Assembly (NCBI GenBank): GCA_963745235.1
Contig: CAVUXE010000091.1
Coordinates: 37,477-101,476 of the forward strand
Length of the DNA: 64,000 nt
Reading direction: 5' to 3'
Source of the DNA: an uncultured Spirochaetota bacterium
Lineage (GTDB): Bacteria > Spirochaetota > Spirochaetia > SZUA-6 > Fen-1364
This document shows positions 25,465 through 36,572 of the stretch, one piece after another. The position numbers and the translations under genes were made by a program. Numbering within the stretch: position 1 is the stretch's first letter; each line of letters opens with the position of its first letter. The notes beneath the pieces were generated by a model. That model made no database searches, was not told where the DNA came from, and saw only the letters and a program-made list of their open reading frames with translations.

Positions 25465-26550
25465 ATGGCCAGTCGCGAGGATCGGCGCAAAGCCCGCAGG
25501 TCGAAACAAGCGCCAGCTAAGAAATCCGGACCGGATCCCTCCATTCGGGGCTTCATCAAGGAAACCAGCCGCGACGCCGGATACCGCAAGGCAGCCCAGT
25601 TCCTCATGCTCCTCGGGAAGGACGAGGCGTCACGAGTCCTGAAGCACATGGCCCCCGAAGAGATAGAGGGCATCACGCGGGAGATCGCCCGCACCCAGCG
25701 AATCGAGGAAAGAGAGGCCTCCAAAGTCCTCGAAGAGTTCGGGTACATCAAGGAGACCAAGAGCCTCATCGCCCTGGGAGGAATCGAGAAGGCCCAGGAA
25801 ATGCTCACCGCATCCATTGGGGCGGAGAAGGCGGAGAAGATCCTTTCCAAGGTGCGCAAGGACATGGCGCCGCCGCCGTTTTCCTTTCTCCAGGATATCG
25901 ATGCTCACCAGGCCATCTCCCTGGTGCGGGAGGAGTCCGTGCCCGTGGCCTCCCTGATCCTTGCCCACCTGGAGCCCAAGCTGGCCGCGCGCATCCTGAC
26001 GGCCCTTCCCCCCGAGGTGCAGCGCGAGGTGGTCCCCCGCATCGCGCGCATGAGAAAGGTGGACTCGGAGGTTGTCCGCAAAGCCGAGGAAACACTGCGA
26101 AGCAAGGTCCGTGAGCACAGCACCCCTGTCACGCAGGAGATCGACGGCAAGGCAGCGCTCACGGAGATCCTTCGATTCATGGACCCGGGCAGGGAGCAGG
26201 CCATTCTCCAGACCCTGGAGCCGAATGTCTCCAACGAAATCAAAAAGAAGCTGTATACCATCGATGTCGTGTTCCAGATCCCGGACAAGGAATTGCAGAA
26301 AGTGCTGCGCGACCACTCCGACAGGGAGATCGCCATGCTCACCAAGGGCGTGGAGGAGAAGGCGAAGCTGCGCATCCTGGCCTCGCTGTCGGAGCGCAGG
26401 AGAGACCTGATCCGCCTGGAGTCCGACGCCCTTGGCGCGGTGCGGAAGAGCGAAGCGGAAGCGGCGCTCCAGGATTTTCTGGAGTATGTGCAGCTCCTCG
26501 AGCAGAAGGGCGAAATCACGATCCTGCGCGAGCGGGAAGAGTTCATATAA
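25465..26550 (+). CDS. fliG: flagellar motor switch protein FliG paralogue
   Basis: GYRKAAQFLMLLG, GGIEKAQEML, PFSFLQ, SLILAHLEP, RIARM and LQKVLRD FliG motifs. Confidence 0.85.
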   Translation: MASREDRRKARRSKQAPAKKSGPDPSIRGFIKETSRDAGYRKAAQFLMLLGKDEASRVLKHMAPEEIEGITREIARTQRIEEREASKVLEEFGYIKETKSLIALGGIEKAQEMLTASIGAEKAEKILSKVRKDMAPPPFSFLQDIDAHQAISLVREESVPVASLILAHLEPKLAARILTALPPEVQREVVPRIARMRKVDSEVVRKAEETLRSKVREHSTPVTQEIDGKAALTEILRFMDPGREQAILQTLEPNVSNEIKKKLYTIDVVFQIPDKELQKVLRDHSDREIAMLTKGVEEKAKLRILASLSERRRDLIRLESDALGAVRKSEAEAALQDFLEYVQLLEQKGEITILREREEFI

Positions 26551-26592
26551 GAGCGGCCGCTCAGCGCCAACCAGACATCAAGGAGCTCAGCA

Positions 26593-27891
26593 ATGGAGAG
26601 GGTTGCAATCGCGGAAATCGGGAAGCATGTCGATTCCGACGTGGAGATCCAGGGATGGCTCTACAACCTCAGGTCAAAAGGAAAAATCGCGTTTCTCCAG
26701 CTCAGGGACGGCTCGGGCAGGATCCAGGGGGTCGCGGAGGAAACCAGCCTCGGCGCGGACGCCTTTGCGCGGATTGCCGAGCTGCGGATGGAGGCCTCGG
26801 TGAAAGTCAGGGGCAGGGTGCGGAGGGATGAGCGCGCGCCCTCGGGATATGAGCTGACCGTCAGCGGTCTGGACGTCGTTCAGAACCCCGCGGGTGATTA
26901 CCCCATCTCGAAGAAGGAGCACGGGATAGACTTCCTGCTGGAAAACAGGCACCTGTGGCTGCGTTCCACCCGCCCGACGGCCATCATGAGGATCCGTGAC
27001 CAGGCAATCACTTCGTTTCGATCCTTCTTCCACGAGCGGGGCTACATGCTCATCGACACGCCCATTCTCACGGGCTCCATCGGAGAGAGCGCCGGGACCC
27101 TTTTCACGGTCCCGTACTTCGACCTGGGAAACGCATACCTGGCGCAGACGGGGCAGCTCTACCTGGAAGCCGCCTGCATGGCATACGGCAAGGTGTACAA
27201 CTTCGGCCCGACGTTCCGCGCGGAGAAGTCAAAGACGCGCAGGCACCTGACGGAGTTCTGGATGCTGGAGGCGGAGGTCGCGTATTTCGACAACGAGGAC
27301 AACATGCGGCTCCAGGAGGACATGGTGAGCCGGGTGGTCTCCGACGTGCTTGCAAACTGCGCGGCGGACCTGGCGGTGCTGGAGCGTGACGTCGAGCCCC
27401 TGCGCAAGGTGACGGTCCCGTTCATCCGCATGGACTATGGAGATGCCGTGAAGACCCTCCAGGGCGCGGGGAGCACGATCCAGTGGGGCGACGACCTGGG
27501 CGGTGAGGATGAGACAATCCTCACGAAGATGCACGACAAGCCGATCTTCGTGATGAACTATCCCCGCAAGGCGAAGGCCTTCTACATGAAAGAGAATCCC
27601 GCCAACCCTGACACCGTGCTCTGCGCGGACCTGCTGGCCCCCGAAGGCTACGGGGAGATCATCGGCGGCTCGCAGCGAGAGGATATATTGTCGAAGCTCC
27701 TGGCGAGGATCCACGAGGAGAAGCTGCCGGAGGAGTCCTACGGGTGGTACCTGGATCTTCGAAAGTACGGCTCGGTGCCGCATTCGGGTTTCGGGATAGG
27801 CCTGGAGCGCACCCTCGCATGGATCTGCGGCAGCCAGCACATCAGGGAGTGCATCCCGTTTCCGCGCACCATCTCGAGGATCTATCCCTAG
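26593..27891 (+). CDS. asnS: asparagine--tRNA ligase
   Basis: GWLYNLRSKGKIAFLQLRDGSG, FGPTFRAEKSKTRRHLTEFWMLE, GEIIGGSQRE and PHSGFGIGLER. Confidence 0.95.
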   Translation: MERVAIAEIGKHVDSDVEIQGWLYNLRSKGKIAFLQLRDGSGRIQGVAEETSLGADAFARIAELRMEASVKVRGRVRRDERAPSGYELTVSGLDVVQNPAGDYPISKKEHGIDFLLENRHLWLRSTRPTAIMRIRDQAITSFRSFFHERGYMLIDTPILTGSIGESAGTLFTVPYFDLGNAYLAQTGQLYLEAACMAYGKVYNFGPTFRAEKSKTRRHLTEFWMLEAEVAYFDNEDNMRLQEDMVSRVVSDVLANCAADLAVLERDVEPLRKVTVPFIRMDYGDAVKTLQGAGSTIQWGDDLGGEDETILTKMHDKPIFVMNYPRKAKAFYMKENPANPDTVLCADLLAPEGYGEIIGGSQREDILSKLLARIHEEKLPEESYGWYLDLRKYGSVPHSGFGIGLERTLAWICGSQHIRECIPFPRTISRIYP

Positions 27892-27894
27892 GTT

Positions 27895-28551
27895 CTACCT
27901 GTCGCGGCTCTGCACCCACTTCACGGCAAACCGCCGGAGATCCCCCGCGCCGTCAACCTGCAGCTTTTCCTTGATGTGGTCCCGATACGCGTTCACCGTC
28001 TTGACGGAAAGGTTGAGCATCTTCGCGATCTCAGCGGCGCCGTAGCCCTGGCCAATGCGCTCCAGCACCTCCAGCTCCCGGTCGCTCAGCCGCTCCACGG
28101 AAGGGGCCTCTGTCTCCTCCCGGCGGTTGAACATCGTCTCCAGGAGACGGTCCCGCATGGCGCTCGACACGTAGATCTTTCCGGACAGCACGGTCCTGAT
28201 TGCCTCCTGCATGACGGAGGCGGCCTCCTGCTTCATCACGTAGCCGCGCGCCCCTGCTTTCAGCGCCCGCTCCGCGTACACCACCTCGTCGTGCATCGAG
28301 ATGATGAGGATCAGCATCGAGGGATGGGAGGCCTTGAGCGTCCTCACGAGGTCCAGCCCGTTCTGACCCACGAGGGAAATATCCACGAGGGCGATGTCGG
28401 GGACCGCGCGTTGAAGGGCATCCAGCGCTTCTGCCGCCGAGCCCGCCTCCGCGCTCACCACGTATCGATCGCTGCTCCTGATCAGGGCGACGAGGCCCTG
28501 GCGGAAAACGGGGTGGTCATCAACGACCAGGAACGTGACCGGCTTCGCCAT
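27895..28551 (-). CDS. NarL/LuxR-family response regulator
   Basis: VVDDHPVFRQG, DISL, GARGYVMK and HTH LSDRELEV...SVKTVNAYR. Confidence 0.93.
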   Translation of the reverse strand: MAKPVTFLVVDDHPVFRQGLVALIRSSDRYVVSAEAGSAAEALDALQRAVPDIALVDISLVGQNGLDLVRTLKASHPSMLILIISMHDEVVYAERALKAGARGYVMKQEAASVMQEAIRTVLSGKIYVSSAMRDRLLETMFNRREETEAPSVERLSDRELEVLERIGQGYGAAEIAKMLNLSVKTVNAYRDHIKEKLQVDGAGDLRRFAVKWVQSRDR

Positions 28552-30882
28552 CAGGGCTCTCTTTCTCCCGCGCGGATCCGGCAGGACACGCGGGTGCCCG
28601 GAGCAAGCCGCTCGATGCGGAGCTCCGCCCCAGCGGTTGTGGCGCGGTAGCGCATGATCCGCAGGCCCATGCCGTCCCCGGTGACGAGCGGGGGGAGTCC
28701 CGAGCCGTAGTCGGTCACCTCGGCAACGACCGCGGGAGGCTCACGGGAGAGCCGGACCTCGATGCGCTCCGAGCCGGAGTGCTTGAGGGCGTTCGAAAGA
28801 GCCTCCTGGAGGATGCGATACACCTGGAGCGCCGTGTCCGTGTCCGTCGAGCCGGAAGTCCGGAGAGACGCGCAGGTCGATGGAGGCGGGGTAGCTCCTG
28901 CGCGCCGTCTCGACCAGCTCCTCGACAGCCGCCGCCAGCCCGTGCTCTTCCAGGCCGGCGGGGTACAGCCCGCGGGCAATCTGCTTGGTCCGGGCGATCG
29001 AGTCCGCGAGCAGGTTTCCTATCTGCTCGATTGACGCGACAGCGGCCGGGTCGCTGGTGGGCAGCCCTCCGCGAAGAACGGAGGCGTACATCGCGATGCC
29101 GGCCAGGTGCTGGCACAGGTCGTCGTGAAGGTCCTGCCCGATCCTCTGCATCGTTCGATTGGAGATATCCAGGACTTCCTTCTCCAGGCCCTCCCGCCGC
29201 TCGATCTCCCGGGTCAGCTCACGGTTCGCCCGGGTGAGCTCGGCCGTGCGCCGGGCCACCTCCGCCTCGAGGTGCCGTTCGTGCGAGCGCACCTGGTCCA
29301 GGAGGAGGGCGCCCTTGAGAGCGCTGGATACCTGCTGCCGAAGAGTGTCGTACACGGCAGGCTCAGGGACTCCCAGGGGAAGGAGGATGTACCCGAGCGG
29401 CTCGGTCTGAAACACGAGTGGCTCCAGCACCCACACGGCGTCGCGCCACGCGGTGCCTGCCCGCGGCGGGAGGAGGCGCCCGGTGCGGAAGCGGACTCCG
29501 CGTGAAGGCAACGCCCGTGACGACTGTCCCGGCGGGGCCATGACAAGGCGGGACCATTGCTTTGCGGATTCTGTCTCGAACAGGGCAAGGTAGCCGCCGC
29601 CAATACCCAGGCGCTCCAGCCCCGTTTGCAGCCGGGACAGCATGAGAGGCATTTCGAAGGCGCCCGCGAGTGAGGAGCTGATGGCCCGCAGCGTGGCGAG
29701 CCGTTCCTCCGCCGCCACGCGCCTGGCGGCCTGAAGCCTCGTCTCCACGTCACCGACAATGACGAGCGCAAACTCGAACAAGTCCCGCGGAACGACCGCT
29801 GAATGGCGGATCACGGAGAGGTATTCGCGCCACACGCCAGGCTCGCCTCCGGCCAGGATCGTTTCAGAAAGAGCAGCGTTCAGACGGACAATGAAGTGCT
29901 CCGCGGGGGGCCTGGCGGCGCACAGGATGAGCTCCGAGATCGCCGCCCGTTGGGCCGCCGTGGCGCTTGCGGGGACCTCCGCAAGTCCGGGATCATAGCC
30001 TCGTCTCGGGGGGCATCCGCATGACTGACGGATGACCGGCACGCATCCCAGCACTCTGTCCTGGGGCTTGCCGTTTTCCATCAACGCCAGGAGCGCGTCC
30101 GCGGCGGCCGCTCCCATCTCGGCAAGGGGCTGGATGACGGTGGTGAGCGGCGGAGTCACCGCGCTCCCTTCCTCGATCCCGTCGAACCCGGTGACGGCGA
30201 CATCTTCCGGGATCCTGACCCCCGCCGAGCGGAGGACCTCCATCGCCCCCAGGGCCATGCTGTCATTCATGCATACCAGGGCATCGAAGGGCCGGCGTGA
30301 CGCCAGGAGCCTGGCCGCCGCCTGCGCCCCGGACTCGCGCAGGAACGAGCCTTCGACTGCGAGCTCAGGATCGAACGGGATCCCCGCGTCGGCAAGCGCG
30401 GCGTGAAATGCATTCCCGCGCTGCTCCGCCTCCGCATGACCCCGCGGGCCGCCGATGAGGGCAAAGCGCTTTCTGCCGTGGACGCGAGCAAGGTGCTCGA
30501 CGAGGGCCGCCACCGCGCCGGATCCATCCACGGTCACGCTGGAAACGCCGGGAACGCACAGGCCCACGGAAACCTGGGGCATGTCACGTCGGGATGCGAA
30601 AAGCTTCTGGAGCCCCTCCGCATCGAGGAATGTGGCAATGACAGAGGAGACGACAATGAGGCCGTCAATGCTGCGGCGGTCCGCGATCCCGAACGCGGCG
30701 TTCGCCGCAGCCTCGGATTCAATGGGTGACCCGATGCGGTGGCCCAGGAAGCAGACAACCCCGACGCCCCTCTGCCGGGCACGCGTCTCGACTCCCCGCC
30801 ATACCGCGATCTGGTAGGCATCATCGAGCTGCGCGGCAAATACGCCGATCACCGGCGGGGCCGCCCGGCTCGCGCTCACCAC
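28551..30882 (-). CDS. histidine kinase with N-terminal LacI-type sugar-binding domain, frameshift near 28850
   Basis: LacI effector-domain motifs (HLARVHGRKRFALIGG, CMNDSMALG, IPEDVAVTGFD, PPLTTV), then HisKA_3 IGQDLHDDLCQHL and HATPase YRILQEALSNALKH..DYGSG..GMGL; start approximate. Confidence 0.85.
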
Positions 30883-31021
30883 CGGGCCACGGTCCAGAAT
30901 GCGCTCTTCATAGTCCAGCCACGTATGGTCATCAGCAATCCCCCACAAAACGGTACCTCCTCGAGCCCTGATACGATACCGGTAAAAACCCGCTTCCCCG
31001 GGTAGGTCAAACGGCCGATGG

Positions 31022-33190
31022 TCAGGCGGGAAGAACGAGCGGGGTGCCCGTAACCTCGATCTCCGCGCTGAGGATGGCAGTCCGGGCCAGCTCTTCGCTG
31101 CGGCTGTCCGGCTGTCGCCCCCCCACACTCAGCCTGCACCGGCCGGGCGGAACGATCCTGGTGCCCTCTTCATCCACAAGGCTCATCCGCCTGTCCGATA
31201 TCGTGAAAGAAACGCGGCTTGACTGGCCGGACTTCAGGAAGACCCGCTGGAATCCAACAAGCTGCCGAAGCGGGGCCGCCAGGGGCGCCGAGATCCAGCT
31301 GAGGTACACCTGGACGATCTCATCCCCATCCCGCGGTCCGGCGTTGGTGACATCCACGGTGACAGGGAGAGGCTCGCCTGCTTTCACGGCAGGCGGAAGG
31401 GTGAGGCGGTCGTACACGAACGAGCTGTACGAAAGCCCGAACCCGAACGGATACAGGGGCTCCCCCTCGAAGTACCGGTAGGTCCTCCCCTTCATGGAGT
31501 AGTCGGTGAAGGGAGGAAGCTGGTCCGTGGATCTCACCCACGTCACCGGGAGGCGACCCGAGGGGCAGGAATCACCGAAGAGGACGTCCGCGACCGCCCG
31601 CCCACCTTCCTCGCCGGGGTACCAGGCAACGAGGACTGCCCGGGAAAGCTCGTGCTCATGCGGGATGGCCAGCGCGCTCCCCGTGAGAAGGACGAGGATG
31701 ACAGGCTTCCCCTTTTCGGCCACCGCGTCGAACAGACGCCGCTGGATGGACGGCAGATCGATGCTGATCCTGTCCCCCTGCCATTGCGACTGCAAGGCGG
31801 ACCCCTCCTCCCCTTCCAGCCTGTTGTTCAAGCCGAGTGCAAGGACCACCACGTCCGCCCGCTCGGCGGCGGCCAGAGCCTCCGCGAACCCGTCGTCCGC
31901 CTTCTCTCCCCAGATGGAGTCCTGGTCCTTGATGATGTCCGAGCCCTGGGCAAAAATCACACGCGTGCGAGGGCTCACGGCGGCCCTGATGCCTTCAAGG
32001 ATGGTGGAGGACCGTGATGGCTGCCCGTTGTAGTTTCCCAGGAGCGCCTCGCGATCGTCGGCGTTCGGGCCGATCACCGCTATGCAGCCCAGGTCCCTGC
32101 CGAGAGGGAGGATGCCGCCCGCGTTCTTGAGCAGGACGATGGAAGCCCGTGCTGCCTCACGGGCAATTGCCCGGTGCTCATCACAGTCCACGCGTTCATA
32201 CGGGATGGAGGCGTACGGGACCCGCTCCGGCGGATCGAACATGCCGAGGCGAAAACGGATCCGAAGAAGCCGGGCAAGGGCAGTGTCTATCTGCGCCTCG
32301 GTGAGGAGGCCCTGCCGAACCGCCTCGGCCAGCGCGGGGTAGACCCGTCCGCACTCCAGGTCGCAGCCGTTCTTCACGGCCAGCGCCGCGGATTGCTCCG
32401 GCGTGCTCGTCACGGTGTGGTGGGCGTGGAAGTCGAAGACCGCCCCGCAGTCAGAAACCACGTAGCCGGCGAAACCCCACTCTTTCCTTAATATCCGGCC
32501 CAGGAGCGTCGGGCTGGCGCAGCAGGGCTCGCCGTTGGTCCGGTTGTACGCGCCCATCACAGATTCGGCTCCCGCTTCAACCACGCAGTCCCGAAACGCG
32601 GGAAGGTACGTCTCCCGCAGGTCGCGAGCGCTCGCGCGGGCGTCGAAGTGATGGCGGAGCGCCTCGGGCCCGCTGTGCACGGCAAAGTGCTTGGGAGTGG
32701 CGGCAAGCTTGACGTAACGGGGGTCATCCCCCTGGATGCCCTTCACGAAAGCGACCCCCATGCGGCCGCCGAGGAAGGGATCCTCCCCGTAGGTCTCCTG
32801 CCCGCGCCCCCAGCGTGGATCCCGGAAGATGTTGACGTTCGGGCTCCAGAGAGTCAGGCCGTGATACTGTCTGCGGTAGCCCTGCCGGGCGAACTCGTGG
32901 TGCTTGGCCCGCGCCTCGTCGGAAATCGCAGCCGCGATCCTCCCCACGAGCTTCGGATCAAAAGACGCCGCCAACCCGATGGCCTGCGGAAAAACGGTGG
33001 CAATGCCCGCCCGGCCCACACCGTGGAGGCCCTCGTTCCACCAGTTGTATTCCGGGATCCCGAGGCGGGGGATGGCCTTCGATTCGTAGACCATCTGGGA
33101 GATCTTCTCCTCCAGGGTCATGCGGCCCATGAGGTCCCGAACCCGCTGCTCCAGGGGCTGATCCGGGTCAAGCCAGGGTGTTTTGGCCAC
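31022..33190 (-). CDS. glycoside hydrolase family 3 (beta-xylosidase/beta-glucosidase)
   Basis: WWNEGLHG, WSPNVNIFRDPRWGRGQETYGEDP, KHFAVHSGPE, VVSDCGA and YPFGFGLSY. Confidence 0.93.
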   Translation of the reverse strand: MAKTPWLDPDQPLEQRVRDLMGRMTLEEKISQMVYESKAIPRLGIPEYNWWNEGLHGVGRAGIATVFPQAIGLAASFDPKLVGRIAAAISDEARAKHHEFARQGYRRQYHGLTLWSPNVNIFRDPRWGRGQETYGEDPFLGGRMGVAFVKGIQGDDPRYVKLAATPKHFAVHSGPEALRHHFDARASARDLRETYLPAFRDCVVEAGAESVMGAYNRTNGEPCCASPTLLGRILRKEWGFAGYVVSDCGAVFDFHAHHTVTSTPEQSAALAVKNGCDLECGRVYPALAEAVRQGLLTEAQIDTALARLLRIRFRLGMFDPPERVPYASIPYERVDCDEHRAIAREAARASIVLLKNAGGILPLGRDLGCIAVIGPNADDREALLGNYNGQPSRSSTILEGIRAAVSPRTRVIFAQGSDIIKDQDSIWGEKADDGFAEALAAAERADVVVLALGLNNRLEGEEGSALQSQWQGDRISIDLPSIQRRLFDAVAEKGKPVILVLLTGSALAIPHEHELSRAVLVAWYPGEEGGRAVADVLFGDSCPSGRLPVTWVRSTDQLPPFTDYSMKGRTYRYFEGEPLYPFGFGLSYSSFVYDRLTLPPAVKAGEPLPVTVDVTNAGPRDGDEIVQVYLSWISAPLAAPLRQLVGFQRVFLKSGQSSRVSFTISDRRMSLVDEEGTRIVPPGRCRLSVGGRQPDSRSEELARTAILSAEIEVTGTPLVLPA

Positions 33191-33276
33191 GGCGTCTCCT
33201 TTGAGCGGATTGTATACCGAAGGCGCGCCGCTGAGCCATCCTTGACGAGGGCGGCCGCTCCCGGGAAACTCCCTCC

Positions 33277-34038
33277 ATGACGGTCCTCATCATTTCCTGT
33301 CATCCCGACGACGCAGAGCTCATGATGGCGGGCACTGCTCTTCTCCTCAAGCGCGCCGGATGCCAGATCCACTACTTCAACGTGGCAAACGGGAGCGCAG
33401 GAAGCTCAGGGGCAGGGCCCGCGGAGATTGCCGCGATGAGGAAGAAAGAGGCAATGAAGGCGGCAGACCTCCTGGGCGCGGTATTCCACGAGAGCCTGGT
33501 GGACGACCTGGAGGTGTTCTACACCCACGACCTCATTCGGCAGGTCACGGCGCTCGTGCGGAAGGTGAAGCCGGACATCGTGCTCACACAGTCCCTGGAA
33601 GACTATATGGAAGACCACATGAACACCGGGCGGATTGCCGTCACCGCGACGTTCGCCAGGGGCATTCCGAACTACGAGTCTGTTCCGCGGGAGCCCGCCG
33701 TCCTCAACGACCTCATGCTCTATCACTCCACTCCCCATATTCTCACGGACATGATGCGCAGGCCCATCGTCCCGGAGATGTACGTGGACATAACGGAGGT
33801 CATCGATGAGAAGGAAAAGCTGCTCGCCTGTCACGTCAGCCAGAAGGAATGGCTGGACGCGACACAGGGCTTCGACTCATATCTGAAAACGATGCGGGAC
33901 GCGGCACGGGCCGTGGGGCAGATGTCGGGGCGGTACCGTTTCGCCGAGGGCTGGAGACGGCACTCCCCCGTCGGATTCAGCCGCCAGGATGGCAATCCCA
34001 TTGCAGCCCTGCTCCCGGACCACTGCGTCACGGGATAG
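33277..34038 (+). CDS. PIG-L/LmbE family deacetylase
   Basis: CHPDDAE, DYMEDH and ACHVSQ motifs. Confidence 0.88.
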   Translation: MTVLIISCHPDDAELMMAGTALLLKRAGCQIHYFNVANGSAGSSGAGPAEIAAMRKKEAMKAADLLGAVFHESLVDDLEVFYTHDLIRQVTALVRKVKPDIVLTQSLEDYMEDHMNTGRIAVTATFARGIPNYESVPREPAVLNDLMLYHSTPHILTDMMRRPIVPEMYVDITEVIDEKEKLLACHVSQKEWLDATQGFDSYLKTMRDAARAVGQMSGRYRFAEGWRRHSPVGFSRQDGNPIAALLPDHCVTG

Positions 34039-35284
34039 GCCGCGGCGTCTCACCGTCAGCTGAAGTGGATCCCGGACCCGGCGCGTTTTTCCAGAACCGC
34101 CGCGCCGCAAGCAGCGCGGCGCCGAGCGCCTCGTCGTACGGGTCCGACAGGGTGATGTCAAGCGAGAAGCCTTCCAGCATTTCCGGAATGACCCTCTGGC
34201 GGATTGTCATCCAGACGGGCTCCCGGAGGAACTCTCCGAGGATGGCCGCGGGCCCGCCGACAACGAGGGTGCGCGGGTTGTAGAGCGCGATGATCTTGCA
34301 GCAGGCGTCCCCGAGGAACGTCCCGATCTCGAAAAGCGTGGAGCGCGCCAGCCGGTCCCCTGAGAGGGCGGCCTCGCGGATTGCATCCAGAGTGAGGGGC
34401 CCGGCCCCCTTCGTCCGGAAGTACTGAAGGCTGGAGATCACCCCTTCGGAAAGGCGTCGCTCGAACCTGCGAAGGATGCTGGGGCGTGAGACAACCGTTT
34501 CCAGGCAGCCGACGTTCCCGCACGTGCAGCGCTCACCCTCTTCCTCCACGACGATGTGGCCGACCTCTCCCGCAAGGCCGCGGGAGCCGAGGTATGGCTC
34601 CTCGCCAATGATGATGCCGGTCCCCACCCCCGAGCCGAGAAAGAGATAGACCATGTCGCGTGAGCTGTCGGGCCAGCGGCGCTCCGCCGTCAGGAAAGCG
34701 AGGCAGCGGGTCGTGTCCTCCACCACAACCGGCAGGCCGAACGCCCTTTCCATGATGGTTCGAAGAGGGATGTGGGTGATTCCGGAGACCTGCAGCCCCT
34801 GCAGCCACATGCCTCGCTCCGTGTCCACCATTCCCGGCATGGACATTCCGATTGCGAGCGGCCGCCGGTCGAGCATTTCAGGCAGGCTCATGACCTGCCT
34901 GAGCTCCGCGGAAATCTGCTGCGTAATTTCATCCAGGTGCTCGGCAGGGTTCGAGGAGAGGGAGAGCGGGAAATCTCCTTCCCAAAGGACTGTGCGCCGC
35001 GGGTCTACGGCAGCAATCCGGAAGCCCGCGGTCTCGAGGGAAACGCCGATTGAATAGCCCACGCAGGAAGCGAGGCGATAGATGGAGGACGGCCTGCCGC
35101 TTCGGTTCTGCATCTTGCCGGCCCGTTCCACCAACCCCTTCGACAACAGCCGGGTCAACAGGGCCGTCACAGTGACAGGGCTGGTCCCCGCGTGGTGGGC
35201 GATGTCAGTTCTTGTCGGAGACTTCAGAAAGAATATGGATTGAAGTACTTTTACTTCCTTGGTCTCTTTTGAATTCCCAGCCAT
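34028..35284 (-). CDS. ROK family transcriptional regulator
   Basis: N-terminal HTH (TRTDIA..SGRPS); GVGTGII and GEVGHIVV..CTCGNVGCLE. Confidence 0.92.
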   Translation of the reverse strand: MAGNSKETKEVKVLQSIFFLKSPTRTDIAHHAGTSPVTVTALLTRLLSKGLVERAGKMQNRSGRPSSIYRLASCVGYSIGVSLETAGFRIAAVDPRRTVLWEGDFPLSLSSNPAEHLDEITQQISAELRQVMSLPEMLDRRPLAIGMSMPGMVDTERGMWLQGLQVSGITHIPLRTIMERAFGLPVVVEDTTRCLAFLTAERRWPDSSRDMVYLFLGSGVGTGIIIGEEPYLGSRGLAGEVGHIVVEEEGERCTCGNVGCLETVVSRPSILRRFERRLSEGVISSLQYFRTKGAGPLTLDAIREAALSGDRLARSTLFEIGTFLGDACCKIIALYNPRTLVVGGPAAILGEFLREPVWMTIRQRVIPEMLEGFSLDITLSDPYDEALGAALLAARRFWKNAPGPGSTSADGETPRPIP

Positions 35285-35320
35285 TGTTAGAACGAATTTT
35301 AATTGAATGTGGACAAAAAA

Positions 35321-35878
35321 TCAATCAAAAATCCCCGGTTCTCTTCGGTTTTTGATTTTCTCCAGCGCCGCTGATACCTGGATTGCCATTCCCGTCCGTG
35401 ATCCCTCGACACGAATGATATGAAAACTCGCGGGGTCCGTGAACTGGAAAAGCACGCGCCGGAGAGCCTCGGAATCGTCCTGCTCGTCCAGGAGGATCAC
35501 GCCGGCAGAGCCGGTCGCGGTCCCCGCTGTGATGGAGTAGTCCATCGGGAATCGGGGAAACACGCAGAGCCAGGGGAGCCCACTTTGCATCGCAAATGAC
35601 AGCGCGGCAGGTGCGCCATCCCTGACGCCGGCCACCACGATGTCGTCCGTCTCCACGCCCTGGCAGCGCGCCTTTTCCATGTGCAGCGACAGCTCTTCCA
35701 TGGCCTTGCGCGTGTCGGTCCAACGGAAGTCTTCAGGGATAAGGAGAGTCCAGCCCTCGTCCACCAGGGATCGCCATTCTTTGGCCGCGGACGACGCGGT
35801 CTCGCCGTCTCCGTGAATCACAAGAAGCGTCCGGGCCGACCACGCCGTGGTCGACGGACCGATCACGAGGCATCTCAC
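35321..35878 (-). CDS. hypothetical protein, degenerate alpha/beta-hydrolase-like
   Basis: LLVIHGDG and [10 protein letters not shown] resemble esterase motifs but lack the catalytic Ser. Confidence 0.55.
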   Translation of the reverse strand: MRCLVIGPSTTAWSARTLLVIHGDGETASSAAKEWRSLVDEGWTLLIPEDFRWTDTRKAMEELSLHMEKARCQGVETDDIVVAGVRDGAPAALSFAMQSGLPWLCVFPRFPMDYSITAGTATGSAGVILLDEQDDSEALRRVLFQFTDPASFHIIRVEGSRTGMAIQVSAALEKIKNRREPGIFD

Positions 35879-35965
35879 CGCTCAAACCTACTCATTTTTT
35901 TCTGCTTGCAGAAGCACCGCGTGAGGTATACACCGTCAGCAAGCCATGCACGGAGGGAGTGTCCT

Positions 35966-36572
35966 TTGGATTGGGCAATAAGAAGGAAGACTGAGCTGGA
36001 AACCCAGCTGAGAACCGCCTACGCAGCGCTGATCAAGAACCGCAAGCTGCACGCCCGGATCAGAAAATCGCTTGACTTCAATCCGCGGCACGCCTACGTG
36101 GCTGGAGATTCCGCTTCAATAAGCTCATTCCTGAAATGGTTTTCCGAAGTCGGGGCGCTGAACATCGCCGAGGTCAGGAAGAAGGCGGAAGACGGCAGAT
36201 GGGTCAGGCGATTCACGCAGCCGAGCCCCGCTGAAAAAGGCAACCTGAACCTGCAGGACCCATCCATTGTCATGCACGCCGTGAAAAACGAGCTCAAGAA
36301 TCATCTGAAGGTCGTCAACGCGGAGACCAGGAGCGTTCAGAATGCCATCACGGCAATCCGCCAGCAGATACATCAATTCGACGTGGAGGAGGAGAATCGG
36401 ACCTACGGAAAGGAAAGTGTGCGGCTGACCCGGGTGAATATCCTCATGAGCATATTCATCCCCATCGTCACCTTCCTCATCGGTCTTGCCCTCAGCGTGC
36501 TCATGGAAGCGGCGAAGCCGGAGATCATTGTCCTGGCTCCGGGCCGTGTTGAAGCTGGGGAGACATCAATGA
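35966..36572 (+). CDS. hypothetical protein with C-terminal membrane anchor, probable frameshift near 36530
   Basis: TTG start after GGAGGGAG; hydrophobic [22 protein letters not shown]; an alternative frame ends [13 protein letters not shown]-stop overlapping the paaK ATG (ATGA). Confidence 0.6.
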
